Positions 17,745 to 25,445 of a stretch of DNA of 64,000 bases are shown piece by piece. Origin of the DNA: Vicinamibacterales bacterium (lineage in GTDB: Bacteria; Acidobacteriota; Vicinamibacteria; Vicinamibacterales; 2-12-FULL-66-21); assembly GCA_035463475.1 (NCBI GenBank), contig DATHTE010000123.1, forward strand, positions 91,775 to 155,774, given 5' to 3'. The notes below the pieces were generated by a model. That model saw nothing but the letters and a program-made list of their open reading frames with translations. It ran no database searches and was not told the DNA's origin. Position 1 is the stretch's first letter. Each line of letters begins with the position of its first letter. Position numbers and translations under genes: made by a program.

Positions 17745-19247
17745 ATGAGAGCGTTCACGGCCCTTCGCGACGATCCACGTCCCGAGTACGACGTCGTGGT
17801 GATCGGCGCGGGAATCGGCGGCCTGATTTGCGCGGCGCTCCTCGCGCGCGGCGGCGCGCGCGTGCTGCTCGTGGAGCAGCACTACATGGTCGGCGGGTAC
17901 TGCAGCACGTTCCGCCGCGGCCAGTTCATCTTCGACGCGGCGACGCATTTCTACCCGCTCCTCGGCAACCCCATCACCATCACGGGCTCGCTGCTCGAAC
18001 GCCTCGGGTCGCGGACGCGCTGGGTGAAGATGGATCCCGTCGATCATTTCCATTTCCCGGACGGCAGCCGCTTCTCGGTGTCCGCCGACTTCGACGAGTA
18101 CGCCGACGAGCTGAAGGCGATGTTCCCCCACGAGGCGGAGGCGCTCGATCGCTTCTTCGCCGTCGCGCGAGACGGGTACCTCTACGGGCTCCTGCACTAC
18201 TTCCGCAGGCGGCAGCACGAACGTTTCGAGCGGCTGCGGCGCCTGACGCTGCGCGACGTCCTCAATCGCGAGTTTCACGACCGGAAGCTCAAACTCCTCC
18301 TCGCGGCCGACTGCGCGCACTGGGGGTCCCCGCCGTCGCGGACGTCGTTCGTGTTCGACTCGATGCTGCGCCTGTCCTACTTCCTCGGCAACTACTACCC
18401 GGAAGGTGGATCGCAGGTGTTTGCCGACGATCTCGCGCGGATCGTCCAGGAGCACGGCGGCGACATCCTCATGCGCTCGATGGTCGAACGGATCGTCGTC
18501 GAGCGTGGCGCGGCGGTGGGCGTGGATGTGGCCACCGGGCTCGGGCCGCGCCGCCACACCGTCCGCGTGCGCGCGGGCCACGTGGTGTCGAACGGTGACC
18601 TCGTGCGGACCCTCGAGCAGCTTCTGGGCCCCGAGACCATCGGTGAAGAGCCGATCCGCGCGGCACGGCGCCTTCGCCCGACCAGCCCGTGCTTCCTCGT
18701 GCATCTCGGCCTTCGCGACATCTCTCTCGACGCGGTCCGCGCGGCGTGCGGCTATCACTGGCGCTCGTGGGAGCCTGACGAGGTCGTGCGGGAGGCGTTC
18801 AAGGTGTTCGTGCCGACCATGTACGAACCGGCAATGGCCCCGACAGGCGGCCAGGTCGTGATCCTGCAGCGCATCATGGAACTGCGATACGACGAAGTCC
18901 CCGACTGGGCCGAGCACAAGGCCCGCATCGAGGAGGACCTGATGGGGCGCCTGGAGTCCGTCATGCCGGGCGTGTCGGAGCACATCGTCTTACGGCACAG
19001 CGCTTCCGCGCTGACGTCGTGGCGTTTCACGCTCAACCATCACGGGGCGATGCTTGGGTGGGAGATGTCGCCGGACCAGTTGGGGGAGGGGCGTCCCTCC
19101 ACGGAAGGCCCGGTGCGCAACCTTTTCTTCACAGGGCACTGGACCCGACCGGGTGGGGGCATTACCCCGGTTATTGTCTCGGCAATGGATGTGGCGGAGG
19201 CCATTCTGGGCACTACGGCTCAGCTTAGACCGGCGATTTTCGACTAG
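17745..19247 (+). CDS. Phytoene-desaturase-family (CrtI / RetSat-like) FAD-dependent oxidoreductase
   Basis: YDVVVIGAGIGGLICAALLARGGARVLLVEQHYMVGGYCSTF (dinucleotide fold + GG motif) and a C-terminal NLFFTGHWTRPGGGI motif typical of the CrtI family. Confidence 0.9.
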   Translation: MRAFTALRDDPRPEYDVVVIGAGIGGLICAALLARGGARVLLVEQHYMVGGYCSTFRRGQFIFDAATHFYPLLGNPITITGSLLERLGSRTRWVKMDPVDHFHFPDGSRFSVSADFDEYADELKAMFPHEAEALDRFFAVARDGYLYGLLHYFRRRQHERFERLRRLTLRDVLNREFHDRKLKLLLAADCAHWGSPPSRTSFVFDSMLRLSYFLGNYYPEGGSQVFADDLARIVQEHGGDILMRSMVERIVVERGAAVGVDVATGLGPRRHTVRVRAGHVVSNGDLVRTLEQLLGPETIGEEPIRAARRLRPTSPCFLVHLGLRDISLDAVRAACGYHWRSWEPDEVVREAFKVFVPTMYEPAMAPTGGQVVILQRIMELRYDEVPDWAEHKARIEEDLMGRLESVMPGVSEHIVLRHSASALTSWRFTLNHHGAMLGWEMSPDQLGEGRPSTEGPVRNLFFTGHWTRPGGGITPVIVSAMDVAEAILGTTAQLRPAIFD

Positions 19248-19312
19248 TCTTTTTCGACTAGCTGTGTAAGAATCCGCAAACTTTTTCGCCGGTCGCCGGC
19301 ACGGGAGCATCC

Positions 19313-19576
19313 ATGATCGAGGAGAATCAGATTCGCGAGACGATACGTGAGAGCGTCCACCGCATCACCGGGATTGCGCCGGCCGAGATCCACGAGACCT
19401 CGAGCTACCGCGAGGATCTCGGGCTCGACTCTCTCTCGGCGCTCGAAGTGGTGATCGACCTGGAGTACGCATTCAAGATCAAGGTTCCGGAAGAGCGAAT
19501 CCAGACGATCAGGAACGTGCAGGATACGATCGACGTGGTGCAGGAATACCTTTCGGCACCCGCTCGGACGGCGTAG
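19313..19576 (+). CDS. Acyl carrier protein
   Basis: 87 aa with EDLGLDSLSALEVVIDLE, containing the DSL phosphopantetheine attachment motif. Confidence 0.9.
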   Translation: MIEENQIRETIRESVHRITGIAPAEIHETSSYREDLGLDSLSALEVVIDLEYAFKIKVPEERIQTIRNVQDTIDVVQEYLSAPARTA

Positions 19577-19634
19577 CCGGGGGTTGGGTGTTGGTCGCGC
19601 GCGCGTGCCCGGCACCTGCTGTTTCGCATCGAAC

Positions 19635-19895
19635 ATTCCGCCGGGGTCTTTAGGGGGAATTCCGGCGAGCTTCGCCTTCAGTCATCCGCCGGGAAAGGTA
19701 TCCGCGAGCACTGGTTTCGCCTTACCGCCGGGTTGGTACGGGCGAGGACTTGGCTTCGCCGTTCCGCAAGGGGTGGGCATCGCCGAGGAATGGCGCCGGC
19801 TTCGGGTATTCCGCGGGTCAGGTCCCGGCGAGTCTGGCGTCGCCTCCGGCATTCCCAGGGGTTCGGAATTTGTTTCGGCATTCGGCATTCGGCAT
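19635..19895. repeat. Array of about 5 degenerate 39-48-bp tandem repeats ending in (TCGGCAT)x3, in an intra-operon spacer
   Basis: Units start at 19638, 19686, 19725, 19764 and 19811. Each has the pattern CCGCCGGG - N6-15 - (C/T)CGGCGAG - N1-12 - TTCGCC(T/G). A tandem TCGGCAT heptamer x3 lies at about 19875-19895. GC3 of the overlapping ORF is poor. Confidence 0.55.
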
Positions 19896-19913
19896 TAACA
19901 AGGAGTCAGTAGT

Positions 19914-21599
19914 GTGCCGGCACGAGTAGCCGTCGTCGCGTACCGCGACGGCATCGCGGAGCCCATCCTGGACGCGCTGCGACGCTCCGCCGGTGTCGAG
20001 CTTTGCGAGCGCGTGCCGATCGATCCGCAGGGAATCGATGCGGTCGCGTTCAGCCGGTACAACACGATCGTGTACTCGGCGCTCCCTGCCGCGGGTCCCT
20101 CAACGGGACCGGACTTGGGGACTGCCCGCGCGGTGTGCCAGCGGCTCGCGTCGTTGCCTCTCCGGCACGTGGTCACCATCTCCAGTGCGGCAGTCTATTC
20201 GCCGAGCCACCAGAACCTCGGTCTGCTCGAGGAGCGCGCGTTCATCCCGTCGCGCAGGAGCGCGATCGCCGATGGGTGGCGCGACGTCGAACAGATGAGC
20301 GCCCTCATCAGCCAGCGTTCGGGCGCGGCGCCGCCGGTCCGCTCGATTCTCCGTCCGGCCGCGGTGCTCGACGGCGTCGATTACTTCAGCCGCCTGCTCG
20401 GCGGACGCGTGGCTGTGACCTATCCCGGTCACGACCCGACGATCCAGCTCCTCAGCCCGTGCGACCTGGCCGACGCGATCGCGGCGGTGATTGCCGCGGG
20501 TCGCGGCGGCACGTTCAACGTGGTGCCGACGGCCGGCGTGCCGTTGCGCGCGGCGCTTCGAATCGCCGGTGTAAAGCGGCTGCCGATCGGCAGGGTGGCC
20601 CAGAACGCCGTCAGGGCGATCACCTCGCAGGCGGGCCTGGCCGTCTCGGCGGACCAGCTGAAATACATCCAGTACTCGTGGACCGTGTCGGGGGAGAAGA
20701 TTAGGCGCGAGCTCGGGTTCGTCCCCTCCCGGTCGAGCGTCCAGGCGATCGTGGAATGCATCGGCCGCGGCACTCCGGCCGATGCGGCGAAGCAGTTCGA
20801 CGACTTCGGCATGGATCCGGATTACATCCGGCGCTACTGCGGCCACCTGTTCCGGTTTCTCCACGACTACTACTGGCGTGTCGAGATCGACGGAATCTCC
20901 GAGGTGCCGCGGAAGGGGCGCGGCGTGCTCGTTGGGATGCACCGCGGGTTCATGCCTTTCGACGGCGTGATGGCGCTGCACGCGCTCGTAACGCGGCGCG
21001 GCCGCATTCCGCGGTTCCTGATTCACCCCAGCCTGACCAAGTTCCCGTTCCTGGCGGACTTCATGGCCAAGCTCGGGGGCATCATGGCCTGCCAGGAGCA
21101 CGGCGACTACGTGCTGCAGCACGACGAGCTGCTCGGCGTGTTCCCCGAGGGCATCCGGGGAACATTCACGATGTACAAGCGGGCCTACATGCTCGGCAAG
21201 TTCGGTCGCGACGAGTTCGTGCGGATGGCGCTGAGGAACCGCGCCCCCATCCTGCCCTTCGTCACCGTCGGAAGCGCGGAGATCTACCCAATCCTGCGGC
21301 GCGTGGACTGGCGGTGGTTCAAGCGCTACACGGAATGGCCGTTCCTGCCGATCACGCCAGCGCCGTTCCCGCTGCCGTCGAAGTGGCACACGCGGTATCT
21401 GCCCGCCATGCACGTCGAGGAGCAGTATCCGCCGGAGGCGGCCGAGGACCCCGCGCTGGTGCATCGCATCAGCCTCGAGGTGCGGCAGCGGATGCAGGCG
21501 GCGATTGACGACATGCTGCTGCGCCGACGCTCGATCTTCTTCGGATCGATCTTCGAGCAGGCGCGCCCGCCGGAAGGCGAGGAGGCCGCGAGCATCTGA
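19914..21599 (+). CDS. Fusion protein: degenerate NAD-epimerase/SDR-like N-domain + lysophospholipid/glycerolipid acyltransferase (PlsC/LPLAT) C-domain
   Basis: GTG at 19914 with AAGGAG 10 nt upstream. The N-half resembles extended SDRs (VVTISSAAVYSP, TFNVVP), but the Gly-rich motif reads VAVVAYRDGIAEP. The C-half has GVLVGMHRGFMPFDG, GVFPEGIRGT (FPEGTR-type motif) and PILPFVTVGSAEIYP. Confidence 0.8.
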   Translation: MPARVAVVAYRDGIAEPILDALRRSAGVELCERVPIDPQGIDAVAFSRYNTIVYSALPAAGPSTGPDLGTARAVCQRLASLPLRHVVTISSAAVYSPSHQNLGLLEERAFIPSRRSAIADGWRDVEQMSALISQRSGAAPPVRSILRPAAVLDGVDYFSRLLGGRVAVTYPGHDPTIQLLSPCDLADAIAAVIAAGRGGTFNVVPTAGVPLRAALRIAGVKRLPIGRVAQNAVRAITSQAGLAVSADQLKYIQYSWTVSGEKIRRELGFVPSRSSVQAIVECIGRGTPADAAKQFDDFGMDPDYIRRYCGHLFRFLHDYYWRVEIDGISEVPRKGRGVLVGMHRGFMPFDGVMALHALVTRRGRIPRFLIHPSLTKFPFLADFMAKLGGIMACQEHGDYVLQHDELLGVFPEGIRGTFTMYKRAYMLGKFGRDEFVRMALRNRAPILPFVTVGSAEIYPILRRVDWRWFKRYTEWPFLPITPAPFPLPSKWHTRYLPAMHVEEQYPPEAAEDPALVHRISLEVRQRMQAAIDDMLLRRRSIFFGSIFEQARPPEGEEAASI

Positions 21600-21783
21600 G
21601 GCGGCGCGCGGCGCCGCTCTGTTCGCGCGCGGACCGACGGAACGTCACGCCGCGCGCCGCCATCGCTTCCGCCGCCCGAGCACCGCGGCCGAAATCCGGC
21701 CGCAGTACTCGACGGAAGATGTGATTAAATAAGGTCCGTTCCCAACACCAGTTGCCGATCGCGAGCTCGGCAGAAAGGCTACC

Positions 21784-22242
21784 GTGGAGATGCGCGAAGT
21801 GGCCAAGTCGATCCTCGGGCTCTCGTGGGCAGTGTCGCTGTTTGGCTTTCAGCAGCTGTCGAAGGCGATGACACCGGCGACGACCCAGCCGTGTGACGTG
21901 ACCGCGACGGAGGTCGATGAAGTGTCGCGCGCGGTGCAGAGTCGGCTCTCCGACTCCGCCGCGCAGCAGTTCCGCGCCGGCGACGAGTGGCAGCGCCGCA
22001 TGGTGGACATCATGTTCGACATGGCGTCGCTGCGGGCGGTCGAGCCGCGCAAGATGGTCGAGGTTCTCGACCCGCGGACGCTGATTGAGACTGCCGATCC
22101 GCGCGCGATGATCGAAACGAGCGTGACCGTGATCCAGAAGAGCATCGACACCGCCGTGAACGCCATGCGGCAGACCGCCGACACGGCCATGGACCTGACC
22201 AAGCGGGCCGTCGATTCGGTCAGGCCATCGGCGACAGCGTAG
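21784..22242 (+). CDS. Hypothetical protein (152 aa); stand-alone copy of the N-terminal module of the 24044 and 33420 proteins
   Basis: GTG at 21784 (AAAGG upstream). EVAKSILGLSWAVSLFGFQQLSKAMTP aligns with DLLKSTLTLPWAISMFGVQQLTNLVTP (24044 protein). ...WQRRMVDIMFDM aligns with ...MQRAMVDLMMF. Confidence 0.6.
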   Translation: MEMREVAKSILGLSWAVSLFGFQQLSKAMTPATTQPCDVTATEVDEVSRAVQSRLSDSAAQQFRAGDEWQRRMVDIMFDMASLRAVEPRKMVEVLDPRTLIETADPRAMIETSVTVIQKSIDTAVNAMRQTADTAMDLTKRAVDSVRPSATA

Positions 22243-22299
22243 TACGACCCTGCGGCGCCGCACGGCGCATGGTCGCACGGGGGGCCGTGCGGAGATCGG

Positions 22300-24021
22300 A
22301 TGGAGACTGCGGTTCACCACGGCGGCTACGTGACGCGGCACCGTGCCGCGCTGGCTGCCGCGCGGCCGATTCTGCGGCGGCTGCCCCACATCCTCCGGGT
22401 GGTGATCGCTCACGGGATCGCGAATGTCGTCGCGTCCCGCCCCCGCCTGCGATGGCTCGCGCGCTGGGCGCCGCTCGCCCGGCTCACCGGTCCGGAGCGC
22501 TTCCGGCGCCTGTTCGAGGACCTCGGCGGGAGCTTCGTCAAGTTCGGGCAGATGCTCGCGCTCCAGCCCGACATCGTCTCCCTCGAGTACTGCGACGAGC
22601 TGTTCAACCTACTCGATCGCATGGCGCCGTTCCCCTACGAGTTCGTCGAGCAGGTCTTCCGGGAGGAGCTGGGCCAGTCACCCTCCGACCTCTTCGATCA
22701 CTTCGATCCCGTGCCGCTGGCGACCGCGTCAATCGGGCAGGTTCATGCCGCGGTCCTGCACGGGCGCAAGGTCGCCGTGAAGGTGCAGCGCCCGGGCGTC
22801 GAGGCCGACTTCGACGGCGACCTCCGCCTGCTCGTGCTCGCCATGCGGTTCATCCGGCGCCTGCAGGTGAGGTCGCTCTACTGGGTGCTCGATCCCGGCG
22901 GTGAGTTCATCTCCTGGACGCGCGAGGAGCTCGACTACCGACGCGAGGCGCGGTACGCCGAGCGGCTGCGGCGCAACGCGGAGTTCAACCCCCAGGAGCG
23001 TGTGCCGGCCATCGTATGGGAGCTGACGACCCGCCGCACGCTGGTGATGGAGTTCATGTCGGGGATGACCGTCCTCGACTACCTGCGCGCCCTCACGACC
23101 GGCGACGAGTGGACGACGTACCGGCTGCGAGCCGACGGGTTCGACCCGAACCTCTTCGCGCGGCACATCATCGACAACTTTCTCGGCGATGCATTTCAGT
23201 ACGGCGTCTTTCATGCCGACCTGCATCCTGCGAACCTTCTCGTGCTGCCGCAGAACGTGGTCGGGTACGTGGACTTCGGCATCACCGGCGTGCTGAGCCG
23301 CTACTCGCGGCGCCACCTGGTCGAGATGACGCTCGCCTACACGCGCGCGGACGTCCGCGGCATGGCCGACGCGTACTTCAAGCTCGTGACGTATCGATCC
23401 GATGCCGACCCCGATCTGTTCCGGCGGCTGCTGGCCGAGACGTCGCAGGACTGGTATGAAGAGGGCGAGGCGGAGACGGTCTTCAGGAAGAACTTCACGC
23501 TGGTGATGCTGGACTTCCTGACGCTGTCGCGCAAGGCGGGTATCGGGCCCGAGCGGGATGTGGTTAAATACATCCGCTCGACCATCGCGGCAGACGGGCT
23601 CATCACGCGGTTTGCGCCCGGGTTCAGCGTGGGACGCCACCTCGAGGACGTCTGCCAGCAATGGATCGCTCGCGAAGCGCGCCGAGTCGCGTTCAGCTAC
23701 AACACGTTGACGGCCCTCGTCGCCTCCGGCGGCCGGCTGATCGAAGACGGGCCCGCGCGCGCCGCCTCCGTGCTGCGGCGGGTCGCCGAGGGCGAAGCCC
23801 TCGGTCGCGTCGACATCACGACAATCGCCCGGCGTGACGAACGCGTGCGCAAGCGCACGATTCGGCTCGCGGGAATCGCCGTGGCGTTCACGGCGTTGCT
23901 CGAGCTCACGGGCGCGGCGCCGGAGCTGGGGCTGAATCTCTTTACCGTCGAAGCGGCACTCGTGGCGGGTGCGTTGCTCCTGCTCGCAGACTCTCTGAGA
24001 GAACTTGCTTTTGCCGGCTGA
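22300..24021 (+). CDS. ABC1/UbiB-family atypical protein kinase (canonical motifs), two C-terminal TM helices
   Basis: GGSFVKFGQMLALQPDIV (KxGQ motif), ASIGQVHAAVL.GRKVAVKVQRPG (catalytic Lys), FHADLHPANLLV, and YVDFGITG (DFG). GGAG lies upstream of ATG 22300. Confidence 0.9.
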   Translation: METAVHHGGYVTRHRAALAAARPILRRLPHILRVVIAHGIANVVASRPRLRWLARWAPLARLTGPERFRRLFEDLGGSFVKFGQMLALQPDIVSLEYCDELFNLLDRMAPFPYEFVEQVFREELGQSPSDLFDHFDPVPLATASIGQVHAAVLHGRKVAVKVQRPGVEADFDGDLRLLVLAMRFIRRLQVRSLYWVLDPGGEFISWTREELDYRREARYAERLRRNAEFNPQERVPAIVWELTTRRTLVMEFMSGMTVLDYLRALTTGDEWTTYRLRADGFDPNLFARHIIDNFLGDAFQYGVFHADLHPANLLVLPQNVVGYVDFGITGVLSRYSRRHLVEMTLAYTRADVRGMADAYFKLVTYRSDADPDLFRRLLAETSQDWYEEGEAETVFRKNFTLVMLDFLTLSRKAGIGPERDVVKYIRSTIAADGLITRFAPGFSVGRHLEDVCQQWIAREARRVAFSYNTLTALVASGGRLIEDGPARAASVLRRVAEGEALGRVDITTIARRDERVRKRTIRLAGIAVAFTALLELTGAAPELGLNLFTVEAALVAGALLLLADSLRELAFAG

Positions 24022-24043
24022 CCCTCGGCAGAAAGGCCCGGTC

Positions 24044-25429
24044 ATGGAAACCACGACGCAATCATCGACGTTTCGCGACCTCCTGAAGTCGACGTTGACC
24101 CTGCCCTGGGCGATTTCGATGTTTGGCGTCCAGCAGCTCACCAACCTCGTGACGCCGCCGCCGGCCGGGCGCGTGGCGGGCGCGACCTCCGCGCTCGACA
24201 CCGTCAGCGACGTGACCGCGAAACAGCTCGACGGCTGGCTGAAACAGACCTACCAGCTCGGCACCGGCATGCAGCGTGCGATGGTGGACCTCATGATGTT
24301 CCGCACGCCCGACATCGATCAGAGTACGCTCATGCGCATCGCCGCCGAGATGCAGGATGGCCCACTGTTCGAGGCGGTCGTGAAGTACGGGCTCCCGCCG
24401 GTCGGCTGGCTCGACTCGTGGCTCGTGTCGCGGCGCGACGCGCCGGCCGTCACGCAGGAGTTCACGAACAAGCTCTACATCATCTCCCTCGTGACCCACG
24501 TGCATTCCGAGCTCGGGCTCAGCTCGAAGACCGTCGACCCGCTCGGCGTGCTGGTCGACAAGGTGGCGGAAATGCCGACGTTTCCCCGCGTGTGGGCCAC
24601 CGAAGGGCTTGGCAACTGGTTTGGCGATCTGGCGATGGAGCGGGCGGCCGACGGCCCGGATCCCACTGGTCTGCTCACCGACCCGCAATACGACTCGCTC
24701 CCGGCGTGGAGCATGACGATGCTGCACGCAGGCATCGGCATGTCGTTCGGCAAGGCGATCCTCAAGAAGCTCGAGCCGACGAGCTCGCCGGAAACCATCC
24801 GGGGAGAGCTGGCCCGCTTCCTGAGGTTGTGTCGTGAATCGTCGCGTCCGGGATACGCCGGCGCCGCGCTCGAGTCGCTTGGCCTCGCGACCCGGTCGCT
24901 GTATCCAAACCTGCTGCCGGTCCTCGACCGCGAGATGCCGTACGTCGATCCCGATCTGCAAAGCTACTACTGGCACGGCGCTGGCCGCGCGATGTACTTC
25001 GAGCCGGCGGGCTGGCTGCCCTCGGTCAACGCGCCGTGGCGCGTCATCAGGCGGCTCGACGCGGAGACGCCGCACGACCTCGGTCGCAAGAACATCCTCT
25101 CTGGCATCGGGTGGGCGCTCTCGGTCGTCAACATGCGTCATCCGGTGGTGATGGAGACGTTCCTGCGCCATCACGCGGCGCTGGCGAGGACCGAGGACGC
25201 GTTCACCAACGGCGTCGTCTCGTCGCTGATGATGCGGTTCGACACGACGCGCGACGACGCGCACATCTCCCCCTACATTCGCTACGAACCGTCTGATCCG
25301 GAGGTCGCGTCGGCGTGGCGGACGCTGATTACCGAGCCGTGCGAGCACGCCCTGCGCGACACGTACGGCAACCTGCTGCGGACCAACTCGCTCGAGCAGC
25401 TGTTCCACTACCGCCCGGCGGGAAGCTAG
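24044..25429 (+). CDS. Hypothetical protein: shared N-module + DUF1702-like (enediyne UnbL-type) C-terminal domain
   Basis: ATG at 24044. The C-domain has MLHAGIGMSFG, GYAGAALESLGLA, SYYWHGAGRAMYF and GIGWALSVVN. This is the periodic HxGxG / aromatic-EGxG pattern I associate with DUF1702. It is paralogous to the 33420 protein. Confidence 0.65.
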   Translation: METTTQSSTFRDLLKSTLTLPWAISMFGVQQLTNLVTPPPAGRVAGATSALDTVSDVTAKQLDGWLKQTYQLGTGMQRAMVDLMMFRTPDIDQSTLMRIAAEMQDGPLFEAVVKYGLPPVGWLDSWLVSRRDAPAVTQEFTNKLYIISLVTHVHSELGLSSKTVDPLGVLVDKVAEMPTFPRVWATEGLGNWFGDLAMERAADGPDPTGLLTDPQYDSLPAWSMTMLHAGIGMSFGKAILKKLEPTSSPETIRGELARFLRLCRESSRPGYAGAALESLGLATRSLYPNLLPVLDREMPYVDPDLQSYYWHGAGRAMYFEPAGWLPSVNAPWRVIRRLDAETPHDLGRKNILSGIGWALSVVNMRHPVVMETFLRHHAALARTEDAFTNGVVSSLMMRFDTTRDDAHISPYIRYEPSDPEVASAWRTLITEPCEHALRDTYGNLLRTNSLEQLFHYRPAGS

Positions 25430-25445
25430 AGCCGGCCGCGGAGCG

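Noticed and set aside
17202-18983. 593-aa minus-strand ORF (and the similar long shadow ORFs 20100..21464, 24062..25522, 25455..26525, 28073..29428, 29350..31176, 31164..32714 and 33075..34874)
   Set aside because: All are antisense to plus-strand genes with strong family motifs (HMGR, CrtI-like, LPLAT, ABC1, halogenase, CCD). Their translations are Arg/Asp/His-rich without recognisable domains.
19584-19898. 104-aa ORF with a repeated PPG...GFA peptide pattern in the ACP-LPLAT spacer
   Set aside because: It has only a TTG start with no RBS. Third-codon positions are frequently A/T (TCT, TTA, GGA, ATT, AGT, GTA...), unlike every confident gene here. The repeat-unit spacings (48, 39, 39, 47 bp) are not all multiples of three. 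It is treated as a non-coding repeat array, although a decayed repeat-protein gene cannot be excluded.
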